This document shows positions 13,796 through 27,147 of a stretch of 64,000 nt of DNA, in pieces. Under the pieces are notes generated by a model that was given only the letters and a program-made list of their open reading frames with translations, was not told the origin of the DNA and did not search any database. Positions within the stretch are counted from its first letter, which is position 1. Every line of letters starts with the position of its first letter. The position numbers were made by a program, and so were the translations under genes. Origin of the DNA: Octopus vulgaris (Eukaryota); the NCBI GenBank assembly GCA_951406725.2, contig OX597829.1, forward strand, positions 53,258,001 to 53,322,000, read 5' to 3'.

Positions 13796-14864
13796 TTCTC
13801 TCTCCCTCTCTCTCTAAAGACAGTGCAGACACAATTTTCTATGTTCTTTGAGAATGGAAGAAGCCTTTGGCAGGGTTTCAATTCAGAATAGCTTTCTATT
13901 ATTCTAAACTGCTCTGTACAGACGCAAAAGCACATTAGTAGTAATAAAGATTACGTAAAAGAAAAAAAGAACAAATTTATGTATATGAGGAAAAGGAAAA
14001 AGGGTGGTGTTCTTTTTGAAAACAGTTTTCTTTTTTTTTTAATATTGGTCGGATTGAAGAACATTTGAAAATAGTAAAAGTAAATAATAGGACGAGAGGA
14101 GGATATATTCCAATGGATAGACAGGTGACTGCAATATTAAATTGGTGCCACATAAAAAGTACCTGTGCTGGCACCACATAAAAAGCACTGAAGCTGGTCC
14201 CACATAAAAAGCACCCAGTACACTCTGTAAAGTGGTTGGTGTTAGGAAGGGCATCCAGCTGTAGAAACCATACGAAAACAGATGGCTGGGGTCTGGTGCA
14301 GTTCTCCTGCTTGGCAGTTGCTATTAAACCATCCAATCCATACTAGCATGAAATATGGATATTAAATGACAACAATGATGACAATACCACTGCTGACGCT
14401 AATGACAACACCATTGGCCGACGCCAACAATGATGATGACAAAGTACTGATATTTTCAATCTGGATTTCATTATATTTTGGATATGACTAGGAAGAGATC
14501 AAAGTCAATGGTGAAGAATTGTCTATAATTGTTGCAAGGATACAAGTTGTTTGCAAGCCTTTATTTCAAAATATATTTTGCTCAAAGTTGGGATCCTAGA
14601 AGCATACATTGTTGAAAATATTTAGTAAATTTATCTCAGTCGTATCTCATTTATGTTACCAATATCATTAAGTACATTGATCTGGAAGAGTTTTTAAAAA
14701 CCATTGGCTCTTCTTCTTGGATTTTGTTTCAAAAACAGAAAGAACATTCTGTGATCAGAAATACACTCATTTATTTAAATACTTCAGTAACTGAATTTCA
14801 TGAGATTTAATTAAAAAAAAAAAAAAAAACTACTGTAGAAAACATTTAGAGTGTACATGAAGTG

Positions 14865-15537
14865 TGGTGAATATTGGTTTCAAATTTTGGTGCAAGGCCA
14901 GCAGTTTCTGGGAAAAATGTAAGTTGATTACATTGACCTCAGTGCTCAACTGGTACTTATTTTATTGATCCCCAAAGGACGAAAGGCAAAGTGGACCTCA
15001 ATTGAATTTGAACTCAAGGACAGATGAAATGCCACTAAGCATTTTGCCCAGCATGCTAACAATTCTGCCAGCACACCACCTTAATTGTGGAAATATTGGT
15101 TTCAAATTTTGGTGCAAGGCCAGCAGTTTCTGGGGAGAATGTAAGTTGATTTCATTGACCTCAGTGCTCAACTGATATTTATTTTATTGATCCCGAAAGG
15201 ATGAAAGGCAAAGTGGACCTCAATAGAATTTGAACTCAAAACTTAATGACAGACGAAATGTCACTAAGCATTTTGCCCAGCATGCTAACAATTCTGCCAG
15301 CACACCACCTTAATTGTGGAAATATTGGTTTCGAATTTTGGCACAAGGCCAGTAATTTCAGGGGATGGCAGGTAAGTCAATTACATTAACCCAAGTATTA
15401 AACTGGTACCTATTTTATTGGCCCTGAAAGGAGGAAAGACAAAGTCGACATTGGCAGGTTTTTGAACTCAGAATGTAAAGACAAACAAAGGCCATTTGGC
15501 ATTTTTCCCAGCTTGCTGCCTTAATTGTGGTAAATAT
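14865..15537 (-). repeat. Three head-to-tail SINE family B copies
   Basis: ~220-230-bp unit repeated three times starting aatattggtttc(a/g)aattttgg. Confidence 0.8.
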
Positions 15538-15677
15538 TAGCAGTGAATAATTGAATCTACTTTGAGCAAAATTATCATAAATTACCATAAATTATGTGCA
15601 GCATGAAATGTATTTAGTGTAATAGATAACGTGTACTCCTACAATCCTAATTGGACATATTTATGATTGAACAGTTA

Positions 15678-16034
15678 TCTCTATATATATAAATGGCAAA
15701 ATGTCTGTCTGTGTGTGTGTCCTTTATACAAATCCATAATTTTTCAGTTAGAGAGCTCGCACTTTCTATGGTTTTTCAAACCCATCTAAGGGTGGTCGTG
15801 CACATATTTACATTTCTCCAGTCACCCTGCAAAGCCATTAAAAAATCAATAGAAGTGACCTTTTTGTGAATTTTCTATCCAAAACCCAATCAAAATGCCC
15901 GAAACTTGATATGCCAATTGAATGCCAGCTAGTTGTATGTGATTGGTTGGAGATTTGGACAAGACTCGCGTGTATGTGTGCACGCACGGAGCTGTATATG
16001 CGTGCACTAGCACTATGACCCGGCATAGTGCTAG
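15678..16034 (+). mobile_element. Non-autonomous Helitron, second family
   Basis: A|TC start, 3' hairpin gcactatg-acccgg-catagtgc ending CTAG|T. Confidence 0.75.
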
Positions 16035-16287
16035 TAGAGGAATACATTTTGCTAAGGAAGCACAAAAAATTTCAAAACTTTCTATATTCACATACAGTTC
16101 ATTATAGATATAAAGTTCTGCTTAAACATGTGTAGACAACAAACAATAGATATATAAATATAATATTTAGTGCACCTGTCCAGTACACCTGTCTGCTATG
16201 CATTGTATGCATTAATACTTGCAGTTATTTCTTCTAAAAATATTTTTTCAATACATGTTCTCATTGCTTATACAAGTGTTGAAAATT

Positions 16288-16712
16288 ACATGGCTATGTG
16301 GCTAGAAGCTAGCTTCCCAACCAAATGGTTTCTGGTTCAGTCCTACTGTGCAACACCTTGAGCAAGAGTAGGCCTCGACCAACCAAAGTCTGGTGAGTAG
16401 ATTTGGTAGATGGAAATTGAAAGAGACCTACCATGTATGTGTGCGTGTGTGTGTATGAATGTATGCATGCATGTGTATGTATAATCTATGAGTGTGTCTT
16501 TGTGTTGCTATAGTATTTGTCCCCACTATAACTCCCAAACTGATGATGGTTTGTTTGTGTCTCCATAACTTAGCAGTTCAGCAAAAGAGACCAATAGAAT
16601 AAGTGCCAGACTTAAAAATATGAACTGGAGGTGATTTGTTTGACTAAATCCTTCAACGCAGTGCTCCAGCATGGCTGCACACCATTGACTGAAACAAGAT
16701 GAAATATCAAAA
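16288..16712 (+). mobile_element. tRNA-derived SINE family A (older copy)
   Basis: A/B boxes and the tail gtgctccagcatggc..gactgaaacaag. Confidence 0.75.
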
Positions 16713-16723
16713 AGAAAACTTAC

Positions 16724-16790
16724 TTGATAATCTAACAATTCAGCCAGCTTTTCGCATCCATCATCACAGGTGCCTTGCCAAAACACATCA
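16724..16790 (-). CDS. SIRT2: SIRT2 exon: DVFWQGTCDDGCEKLAELLDYQ
   Basis: 67 nt, cag/gtaagt. Aligns to human DVAWLGECDQGCLALAELLGWK. Confidence 0.95.
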
Positions 16791-16868
16791 CTGCATTGAA
16801 GCAAAACAGTAAGAAATCAGGAAAATAGCATAAGATATCTTTTAAAGTTTGAATAGTTTTTGTGACAT

Positions 16869-17346
16869 TAAACCTTTCCTTACCATATTTCTGTTGAGAT
16901 GCTCTGTGCTTCTTTCAATTGATTTTAAAAATTAACAAAGAATTTAGTAAAATAACTTAGTTATCATTAAGCTAGTGTTAGGAACATAAATTGTGACTAA
17001 GGTTTGGTGGAAGATTCTAATTCAGAACTTTTGAAAACAAGACATTAGTATTACAGAGCCAGAGGTGATTTCAGCCAGGTTGGTAATGAAAGGGTTAAGA
17101 ATTCTCTATTATATATTTTAACTCTTTTGCTACCATATTTCTGTTGAGATGCTCTGTGTTTCTTTCAATTAATTTCAAACATAACAAAGAATTTAGTAAA
17201 ATAACTTAGTTATCATTAAGCTAGAGTTAGGAACGCTAATTGTGACTAAGGTTTGGTGGAAGATTTTAATTCAGAACTTATGAAAACAAGACATTTGTAC
17301 TACAGAGCCAGAGGCAGTTTCAGCCGGGTTGATATCGAAAGAGCTA
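16869..17346. mobile_element. Two tandem copies of a ~230-bp piggyBac-like MITE
   Basis: Direct repeat units ending gaaaggg|ttaa; same family as 26015-26241. Confidence 0.65.
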
Positions 17347-17819
17347 ATAAATAATCCCAAGTAAGAACTATATAACACATATGTATATATATTACAGATA
17401 TTCGTTGAAAATATTAGGGTGTAGTAAGCAAGATAAAGATCAACATTAAAATCACTGATGAATCTTCTGTAAAGATAGGAGCTACCAACAGTCTGTTTCC
17501 AACTCCCTTATACTCATTAATGTTCTTGAGACAATAATGCAGAATTCAGAACTGGTTTTCTTTGGAAAATTTTACATGCGGATAACCCAGTTCCATTGAC
17601 AAAATCTGAGCCCTAGGAAAAACTTAAACATTTTTTCTTCTCTTCTTTTTCCTTCATGAAGGACCCTAATCCAAACTGTTTGACTTTCCTTTTTTTTCCT
17701 CTTTAGAGTAAAATGAATAAGTTATACACCACCACCACCACCCTCTCCCTTGAAAATCTTGAAATCTTTCATTTCAGTTATGTCTTTTCTTTAAAATTGA
17801 AAGAAGATATAAAACTAAC

Positions 17820-17872
17820 CGGAAATTATTTTCGTCTTGGGAATTGGAATATTCATTAAAAATAGATTCATT
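17820..17872 (-). CDS. SIRT2: SIRT2 exon: NESIFNEYSNSQDENNF(R)
   Basis: 53 nt, ttccag/gttagt. Phase 0 to 2 exactly bridges its neighbours. Low sequence conservation (SIRT2 insertion loop). Confidence 0.8.
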
Positions 17873-18239
17873 CTGGAAAATAGTAAATAAATCAGGAAAA
17901 AAAAATTAGTTTGTAGCAAATAAATTGATAAAATTATTTAATCAGTAAAACAGAAATGAGCAAATGAGTAGAAAAGGCAGATAAGAAGCACGGACAGTGG
18001 TTGAATGCTTTTGAAGAATTTGGTTTAGATAAAAAAATAAAAATAGTTAGGAAAGGATGAAAGGCACAATAGTCTGTATAGATTCAGATCACACCATGGT
18101 AATATCAAACAAATCTACTTTTGAATTTCTAATCCACAAATCATTAAGAAAAGGAGTTAATGTTTTTCAAGCAGTAAGATTGTCGTTAATTTCATCCCAG
18201 CTTAAATCAGTAATTTTAGTAGCAAAATTCAAATTTTGT

Positions 18240-19500
18240 TTCGTAGTCCAATCCCTCCACTTCACACATCTTACCTAACCGACCCCTCCTTTCCTTCAAA
18301 TGAGCCCACAACCTATGAGACCTCTTGGTCCACAGTTTCTTCCCTAACCCAACCTCCCAACACAGCTCATTCCACTGTTCCCGCCCATGCTGCTGCACTT
18401 TCCCTTACCTCTCCAACACCATCGACCCTATCACATCACTGACTCCTTCACCTGCACTTCTACCAATATCATCTACTGTATCTCCTGCTCTCTCTGCCCT
18501 GCTCTAAACATTGGGCAAACAGTACGCCACCAGGCTGACCAGTTTGCGGAACACCTCCATGACATCCAACTCGGCAATGACACCCTGGTCTTGTGCCATT
18601 TCCACTCTACCAGTCACTCTTTGCAACACCTGTTTGTGTTCAGATTGTCCTTGCACAGGGGCCATCCAGACTCCCATTTGCGCCGTGAACAGGGATTAAT
18701 CTTCTCTCTTTGCTCCTTTGCACCACTTGGGCTCAAATCTCCTCCCCTCTTCATCTACCCTCCTCTCCTCTCCTCTCTTCCTCTCACACCTACTTCCTCC
18801 TACCCACCTCTCCTCTCTTGCTCCAGCTCCTACTTCTTATCTTCACTCCTACTCTCCTTCTCTCTTCTCTTCACTCCTACTCACCTTCTCCCTCCTCCCT
18901 TCATCGTCACCCCTCCCTCATAAACCCACAATCCAACCCCACCTTCCCTATCCATCCCATCCCTTACACCCACTCCCACATACCCCACCTTCAGCCTAAC
19001 CCACACCCTACCCTTGCTTTCCCTACTCTCGCCTCCCCCACCTCCCAACACTATCACGCCACACCACACACCACTACACCATCATACCACACAACACCAC
19101 ATCACATCACACCACCATGCACACACTAGCACTGACCACTTCCCAGCCCCAAATCCACACACCTACACATACAGACACGCACATGTCAAAGTCAACAGCC
19201 CTCTTCCACACGCACATACATACTCTCTTATATACATGCAAGTGTTTGGGATCACCAGTACTTTATTATCTCCCTTTCTTCCTAGCTCTCCTGTGTGGCC
19301 CTTCGTTATGATAGATTGCTAGCCACTACACATTCTGTATTTTCACTCCTTCTTTCGTTCTGTGTTCCTTTCTGTGGACGAGTGTAGGCTCAAAACACTA
19401 AAGACTTTTTCACTTCCCGAGTGTTAAACTAATATATCTGTTTGTTGTCTACACCACCTGTCTTCATCGTTTGTTTTTTTTCGTGAATTCTCCCTATACA
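18240..19500 (+). mobile_element. Penelope-like retroelement remnant (GIY-YIG endonuclease + 3' pLTR)
   Basis: ORF 18387 encodes FTCTSTNIIYCISCSLCPALNIGQT..FAEHL..HF..REQ.LIF.L....PLGL, the PLE GIY-YIG signature. The tail matches the solo copy at 58085-58260. Confidence 0.85.
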
Positions 19501-19587
19501 TACACACACACACACACACGCACACACACACAGATATATATATATATATATATACTTTATTTAAAGCAGCAGAAAATTCAACAAAAC

Positions 19588-19625
19588 CTGTTACTCTGAG
19601 TTTCCCGTTGCCATTCATCAGACAG
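19588..19625 (-). ncRNA. Minimal type-I hammerhead ribozyme motif
   Basis: ctgt-CTGATGA-atggcaacgg-GAAA-ctc-a-gag-TA-acag. Intact core, stem I ctgt/acag, stem III, GUA site; weak stem II. Confidence 0.65.
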
Positions 19626-19689
19626 TTTTTGCTAGAATATATATATATATGTATGTATGTATGTATACATAAATGATCACATCCTTTCA

Positions 19690-20090
19690 TTCTCTGAAGG
19701 TGACCAGATATGCAATGTTTCACTTTGTGGATCCTGAGGCGGCTTCTTAGGCCCATTGTTGACATACAATAGTTACAATGGAGATGCATAATAGCAGACT
19801 GAGGACCCAGTGGGACTCTTGCTTTCCATGCAGCCCTCCTCTCTTTAGTGTCTCTGGTCATATCAGATTCTGGGTGTTGTACTACAGGCTACACAGCACA
19901 GTGTACCACAGTGAATTATCTTGAGCAAGACGTTGCCAAGTAGACAATTCTAAGTTACACTTTTTTTAAGGTTGCTTTGAGAGTCTCTGCATCTCCTCTT
20001 TGGTCCACCATGAGACTGAGAGCCAACTGCTAGTTCATCAATGAAGGTCTATTTGAGGAGTCTAGTCAGACATGCATACTGTATGTCCAT
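19690..20090 (-). mobile_element. Decayed RTE LINE 3' fragment
   Basis: HCNYCMSTMGLRSRLRIH C2H2-like end. Confidence 0.55.
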
Positions 20091-20419
20091 TTCACCGTAA
20101 ATGGCACATAAAAGCACTTTTTAAGTGTTGGGCCTCACAGAGGCAATGATCGAGTCCATTTGGCATCATGTCATACCTGAGAAGAAAACTCATAAAGCTA
20201 AGTAAATCTGCAGTCATGGCAGATACCGGTGTCATGCAAGTGACACCCATGCCGGTGGCATATAAAAGCACCCGTTACAATCACGGTTTGGTTGGCATTA
20301 GGAAGGGCATGCAGCCATAGAAACCATACCAAAACAGACTGGAGTCTGGTGCAGCCTTCCAGCTTGCCAGCCCTGGTCAACCCATCCAACCCATGCCAGC
20401 AGGGACAACAGATGTTAAA

Positions 20420-20449
20420 AGATGATGATGGTGGTGATAATGATGATGA

Positions 20450-20498
<49 letters not shown>

Positions 20499-20587
20499 GG
20501 TGCTGGTGCTGGTGGTGGTGGTGGTGCTGGTGGTGGTGGTGCTGGTGCTGGTGGTGGTGCTGGTGCTGGTGCTGGTTGTGGTGATGA

Positions 20588-20621
<34 letters not shown>

Positions 20622-20670
20622 GGTGGTGGTGGTGGTGGTGGTGGTGATGATGATGATGATTATGATGATG
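20420..20670. repeat. Compound (GAT)n/(GGT)n/(GGTGCT)n repeat
   Basis: Direct reading; expanded SINE C tail. Confidence 0.95.
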
Positions 20671-20919
20671 AAGCCTTTGATCTATCCTTTGCCTCCATCT
20701 CATTCATCTTCCCATCGCTCTTCTTACCAATTCCTTATTCTGCTGCTGTAATTAAATGATAACAGAGCTACATACATCATCATCTCTTTCTGTGCAGCTC
20801 TTTATCTTTCTCTCTCCTCTGAAACCACTTCCTTTTGACATCCATCTCTCGTTCTTAACATTGTTGCTCCCCACTCATCTTTTCCACTGACCAAAGCTTT
20901 CTGTGCTGCCAGTCACCAT

Positions 20920-21065
<146 letters not shown>

Positions 21066-21752
21066 GAACCATTTCCTACTGATACCCATTCTTCATTCTC
21101 TACAATCAATCACTTCACCACCACCACCAACCCCTCTCTCCTCAACTTTGCTTAGCCCTCATTACATTCAGTTATGCACATCTGACAACCTCCGTCCCTA
21201 TCTCTTGTCCATCTTTCACTGACCTCCCTGCACTTTTATAGCCTTTACTTTCTACAGGAATCCTTGGATCCAGTGGCTCCTGTCAGATCACCCAACTTAT
21301 GTTGGCATGAAAAATGGACATTAAATGGAGAGGAGGAGAATGACAACGATGATGATGACGACGATGACACATTTTCATCTGCTTAGCTCTGTGTCTTTAA
21401 CTACTTCGACAAAAGGTTAATGAAACTGAAATCTAAACTGGAGTCCCTAAGTCTGTCGGATAATATTTACAGCATAATTATAGGAATTCTACTTTCAAGG
21501 TATTTTATAATTGCAGAGAAAATGATATCTGTTCCCTGAGCAACAGCCAACCCACTAAAGTACCCTAACCAGGCCTGCATTCTGGGAAGATTCCACAGGT
21601 ACAAATAAATAACCTTCTAATGTTGAATTGGGCCAAAAAAGGAAAGTTTGTGACAATTTGAGAACTTTTCAAAAATAATTCTGAAAGAAAAAAATAATAA
21701 ATTCAAAGTACAAAGAATACTGGATGAAAGTTAAAATGAAACCATTACTTAC

Positions 21753-21798
21753 ATCTTTCGTCAGATTGATATATAATCGTGGGGTAGAGTTAGGAACC
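21753..21798 (-). CDS. SIRT2: SIRT2 exon: VPNSTPRLYINLTKD
   Basis: 46 nt, ag/gtaagt, PRLxIN motif, phase consistent. Confidence 0.92.
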
Positions 21799-22715
21799 CT
21801 AAGAAAAAGAAAAATAGTTTATTTTTCATTTCCACAAAAATGTTGTCATACGAAAGTTAAGGGTAAAAGGAATTGGAAATAATTTTAAATATACAAAAAT
21901 TCATCTTTCAATCTAACTAATTATCATTTAGGTTGTAAAAGATAAGAAAACTTTTGCCTCTGGTAATGTCTATATTCTGCACCTGGAGCAAAACTATGAA
22001 TTCTTTAAATATTCCAAAGTAAATGTTTCATTACCTTGATGATTTTACTCTATTTCCAGTACACACATTCAACTGAAGAATAATAGATGATTGCAATGAA
22101 AATAGTCATCAACCCATCCACCTGACCAGTCATAGGTAACCTACAGCCCACAGGTGTTTCTGAATGGCACACCTAACAAAAAGTTACTTGAATTTTCTTT
22201 AGTAGTTTGGCCCACCTGATGATAAGCCACGTCAAATGTAGACTGCTTCTTGTCTATGCCTGCACTCAACTATTACTAATTCATCTTCAAACATTTTTAT
22301 GATAAGAAAAAAAAAACTTTAATAAAATATCAAAAGAAAACAAAACAAAACAAAACATGATGTAGTTTTACAAAGAAGAATGGAAGGATGTCACTTGTCT
22401 TCCTTCAACTATTACAATATTACAAAATTTACAATTAAACCTTAACATTTATGACATCCTAGAAATATCCTCTCTAGACATAAGGCCTGAAATTTGGGTG
22501 GGCAGAAGCTAGTTGATTACGTCAACCCAGTGTTTAACTGGTACTTATTTTACTATCCATCCCCACTCCACCCCCATTCCCAACTGATGAAAGGCAAAGT
22601 TGACTTCATCAGAATTTGAACTCAGAACATAAAGCCATAACTGCTGTTAAGTACTAACAATTCCACCAGCTTACCACTTTGGCATCCTAGAAATATCAAA
22701 AAAGGCAATACTCAC

Positions 22716-22792
22716 ATTGAAACAAGAGCAGCAAATGGCATAACTGTAAGGGATGTTCCAAGAATAATCAGTAAATCACAATTCTTGAAGTC
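22716..22792 (-). CDS. SIRT2: SIRT2 exon: DFKNCDLLIILGTSLTVMPFAALVS(M)
   Basis: 77 nt, tag/gtgagt, GTSL motif. Confidence 0.95.
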
Positions 22793-22844
22793 CTACAAAA
22801 TTGAAAAAAATGAACATATTTATGTAAAGTATACAATTAGGAGG

Positions 22845-23160
22845 TGTGATTGCTAAGAGATCACACCCAGAACGAGGAGATCAGGGATAGAATTGGAGTG
22901 AAGGACATTGTCATAGAATACCACCACACAAAGCTAAAATGGGATGGTCATGTCACAAGGTTCACAGACAATCAGTGGACCTGTGCAGTTGTCAAGTGGT
23001 ACCGTCACAAATGGAAGGGACCACTCGGAAGACCTCCAATCAAGTGGAAAGATGATCTATGAAAAATGTTTGGAGCAATGTGCAGCACAAGGGGAATTGA
23101 GTGAATGGTGTAACCAGAGGGGCCAACTCAGCACCAGACAGCCTGGCCAATCCAGGTGAT
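22845..23160 (+). mobile_element. RTE-clade LINE 3' fragment
   Basis: RDHTQNEEIRDRIGV..KLKWDGHVTR..W..GRPPIKWKDDL. Confidence 0.82.
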
Positions 23161-23361
23161 ATAATTAATATATAAAAGTACATAATTAATTAGTTAGAAG
23201 CATTGTGATGAAAAAGAAAATGTAATAATTTAGAAAATAAAGAATCCACATCTGACTCAATTAAGTATATCAACCTGTCAAAAGTTACAATTACATGAAT
23301 TATCCCAAAATGCCTTTTGATAGGATAACGATTCATTACAGACCAGCTTCTTACTTACATG

Positions 23362-23473
23362 CACCAGCGTAGCTAGAGTGTGTGCTCGCAAAAAATATAT
23401 ATTGCCTATAGCGGACCCAAAAGTGATCCCCGGGGTGGACCACCCCTACTGCACCCACCTAGCTATGCTAGTG
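23362..23473. mobile_element. Small hAT-type MITE
   Basis: TIR caccagcgtagctag/ctagctatgctagtg, TSD cttacatg/gttacatg. Confidence 0.65.
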
Positions 23474-23580
23474 GTTACATGTTTTCCATTTATACATTTT
23501 ATCCAAACAAAGTAGCCAGTTGGAACAGCCATATTGACATAGTGATTAACTTTACTTGTCATTTTATCCAAATTCTACAG

Positions 23581-24144
23581 CAGGGGTCAGGGAACTTTTT
23601 GAACTAATTACCCCAAAATATATTTATTTACGCCGACGATAACCCCTTGATTTGAAAGGAAGAAAATGAGAGATTCTTTGAATTCAAAAGTTTTATTGAA
23701 TCTATTTATATGGAGAATACAATAATAAATATAAAAAGTATAAAAGAAATGCAACAAAATAAATTAATATCTTCAATATGAAACAAAAGGATTTTTCTAG
23801 AAACTTTTTCACTTCAGGTTTTCGAGAAATGATGTTTCATTTCTGTTACAATTACATCAAAATTGGGGTATTTTGATGCCAGAGCAATTTGGATACAGTC
23901 TTCCAGGTCCAATGGATTACTCTGCTTTGTTTTCATGTTCATTAGGCTGGAAAATTCCTGTTTGCAAAGGTAGATTGTTGTAAAAGGCAACAACTTTTTG
24001 ATGGCCTTCTCATACCACAAGAAAAATTCCTATTGTAACAAAGAACACGTTTTTTTATATAATTTTACTAATTAATCCTCATTACCCCAAAGTATTTCAT
24101 TTTTACCCCACTTGGGGTAATTTACCCTGGTTCACTGACTCCTG
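23581..24144 (-). mobile_element. hAT Buster/Charlie-type deletion derivative
   Basis: TIR caggggtcagggaac, 8-bp TSD ttctacag/atctacag. The minus ORF LLPFTTIYLCKQEFSSLMNMKTK matches the hAT dimerisation domain. Confidence 0.85.
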
Positions 24145-24539
24145 ATCTACAGTAAGTGCCAAATGCAATCTTTTATTGGTTATTATAACCTCAAACATAA
24201 TGAGATGTCAACATACACACCACACACACAGACAATGGGCTTCTTTCAGTACATGGACAATATGTACATATATAGGCATGAACATTAGCATAATTGAAAA
24301 AGAAATGCATATTACCAAAGTTAAATGCTAAAATCATTAAAATGTTTGCAACACACACACACACACACACAATGTTTCTAATTAGGCACAAAACAATCAC
24401 AACATTAAATAATGTAACATAAACTTAACTAAAGAGTGGATACTTTGATGCCACTGGAATTTTGCTAACAAAAAAGAGAAAAAACCAGTAATATGAAATT
24501 ACAATGAATAGGTACAAAATTTTATTGACAAATAATTAC

Positions 24540-24592
24540 CTTTTGAACTGCAAAGAATTTCTGTGGCAAATGTTCTCCAAAAAATACAATAT
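24540..24592 (-). CDS. SIRT2: SIRT2 exon: DIVFFGEHLPQKFFAVQK
   Basis: 53 nt, ag/gtaatt, FFGE substrate-binding motif. Confidence 0.95.
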
Positions 24593-24789
24593 CTAAAAGA
24601 CAGAAAAAAAAACATAAAATGTAAGCCATGTCTCTTCAATATGATAAATTAACGATTTTTTTTATTTCCTTTTTTTTATTGGCAGAAGTTATAAAATGAC
24701 TTGGTGGCCAATAGTTTTCTGCATGACACTTATAAGTACCTTTCAGTCACTTAGTAACTTCAGCTGATTAAAAATGAAAAATATCACAT

Positions 24790-25188
24790 TTTACTTATTT
24801 CAGTCATTGGACTGTGGCCATGTTGGGGCATCACCTTGAATGGTTTAGTCAACCAAATCAACCCCAGCACTATTTTTTTTTTAACTGAGTAATAATTTTA
24901 TCAATCACTTTTGCTAACTGCTAGGTTATGGGGAACATAAACAAACCAGGATTGGTTGTCATGCAGTGATGAAAGGATGAACACAAACAGACACATATAC
25001 ACACACACATGCGTATATACATATACAAGCAGCTTCCACACACTTTCCATTTACCAAATTCACTCACAATGCTTTGGTCAGCTTGGGGCTATAGTAGAAG
25101 ACAATTGCTCAAGGTGACATACATAGGGACTGAACCCAAGCACATGTGGTTGGAAAGCAAACTTCTTATCACACAGCCATGCCTGCAC
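24790..25188 (-). mobile_element. tRNA-derived SINE family A (older copy)
   Basis: Diverged match to 57060-57465. Confidence 0.75.
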
Positions 25189-25469
25189 ATATATTCATGT
25201 TTTGAGTTCTTTCAATTCTGTTTGTACAACCAAACCTAAATAACAGATTAAAATTTGATACTGGAAATTATTCACAAACCAATGCTTGACAGAACTACCA
25301 GCCTTAGCTTAATTTAACCCTTTAGCATTTAAACTGTCTAATGTTCAAACCACCCAGATCCAGCCTTTCACACCCACCCCACAATATCAGTCCAAAACTA
25401 AACAATCACATCATTGAAATCTCAAAACTACAAAATAATGCATGGTTAATTCGAAACAATGTGAACAGG

Positions 25470-25797
25470 GTGAAAAGGATAAAGACCCCCTTCAGCCATG
25501 AATGACCATGGGATTGCAACTAGATGTTACCCTCCGAGGCACAAGTCCAGGCAAGGTTGTTTATGGAAGACCAGCAGTCACCCATGCATACCAGCTTCCT
25601 CTCTCCAAACCACCAATGTTATCCAAGGGAAGCTTGACACCAGTAACGTGGCAACTCATTTCCACAGCTGAGTGACCTGCAGCAACAGGAAATAAAGTGT
25701 CTTGCTCAAGAACACAACACAGCCCGGTCTGGAAATCGAACTCACTACCTCATGATTGTGAGCCCCACTCTCTAACCACTGACCCAAACACCTTCAC
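25470..25797 (-). mobile_element. tRNA-derived SINE family D inside a TTAA-type MITE (25313-25850)
   Basis: A/B boxes on the minus strand; flanking atgtgaa duplication. Confidence 0.6.
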
Positions 25798-26014
25798 ATG
25801 TGAATATATAAGTATTATATTTCACAGGGTAAACTAAATGCTAAAGGACATAAAGCTAAAGGTACAGAACATAAATGAAATGGTTTATCACTCATAAGGA
25901 GTTGACCATCATCCTATGATGATTATTGATAAGTACCAAACAATTTAATCTTGTAAAAATTTACATTTTATATGCTAAAATGAGATTTATTTTAAAAAAC
26001 AATAAAACAATACT

Positions 26015-26241
26015 AACCCTTTCGTTACCGGATTTTTGTTGAGATGCTCTGCGTTTCTTTCAATTAATTTTAAATATAACAAAGAATTTAGTAAAATAAC
26101 TTAGTCATTATTAAGCTAGTGTTAGGAACATTAATTGTGACTAAGGTTTGGTGGAAGATTTTAATTCAAAACTTATAAAAACAAGACATTTGTACTACAG
26201 AGCCAGAACTGGTTTCAGCCAGGTTGGTATCGAAAGGGTTA
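26015..26241. mobile_element. piggyBac-like MITE
   Basis: TIR ccctttcgttacc/ggtatcgaaaggg flanked by (c)taa/ttaa. Confidence 0.7.
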
Positions 26242-26289
26242 AAAAACAAAACAGCATTCAACTAATAGCTTTACTAATTAATTACAAAC

Positions 26290-26349
26290 CTGGTTTGACT
26301 AATCCTTTGCATTCTGTGCAGTGTGGAATTTCATCTTTGAAAATTATTT
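26290..26349 (-). CDS. SIRT2: SIRT2 exon: EIIFKDEIPHCTECKGLVKP
   Basis: 60 nt, tag/gtttgt, second CxxC. Confidence 0.94.
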
Positions 26350-26877
26350 CTAGAAATATAATTATTATTCATTTATTAAACTACTAAAATTATTTATTGC
26401 ATTATTGATCAAAATATCAATGAAAATTAGCAAAAAAGGGAAAAAATTCAAATATCAGTCAAAATTAGCAAAAGAAGTGGGGGAGGGGGGGGAATTATAA
26501 CCAAAGAGAAAATTCAAAAACGTTAACAGAAATCTTTTATTAATCAGATTTCCCAAAACTTTCTGTATTTTTTACTTTATTAAACTTATGGAGATAATAT
26601 ATTTTATACTGACTATTCCAAGGATTATTTCTTTACTTTCTCAAAAATATTAGACTATTTTCAACAAGTAGGTATTTTGAAAAATAAAACCATATAACTG
26701 GAAAAGTTTTTTGTCATAAATTCTTAAAGTGGATAATGAGAAAATATGAAAAAGTTCATATCTATACATTTAAGCTTTAAAATTTTATAAATATACCAAT
26801 TCCTACTGTCAAATAAGAAGTAGGAAATAATTCTTAAAATATCTTGAAATACAAAGCATATCCATTCTAAGCCATAC

Positions 26878-27001
26878 CTTTAATCCATTCTAGGTCATAT
26901 TCAGCCTTGCAATTTATGCAATGACTTGTCTGGAAAGTTCCGTGTCCTTCAACAATTTTTTCAGAATCAATCCCAGCCATTCTCTCTAATCCATCAATAT
27001 T
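26878..27001 (-). CDS. SIRT2: SIRT2 exon: NIDGLERMAGIDSEKIVEGHGTFQTSHCINCKAEYDLEWIK
   Basis: 124 nt, ag/gtatgg. NID motif, catalytic His in HG, first CxxC. Confidence 0.96.
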
Positions 27002-27115
27002 CTAAAATTAAATGGAAGCCTTTTATAAATATCAACATTAAAAGTATTATAGCAAGTACCTGCAATAAACATTTTTATAACATGTTTTATTAACATCCTA
27101 AACAACAAAATACGG

Positions 27116-27147
<32 letters not shown>

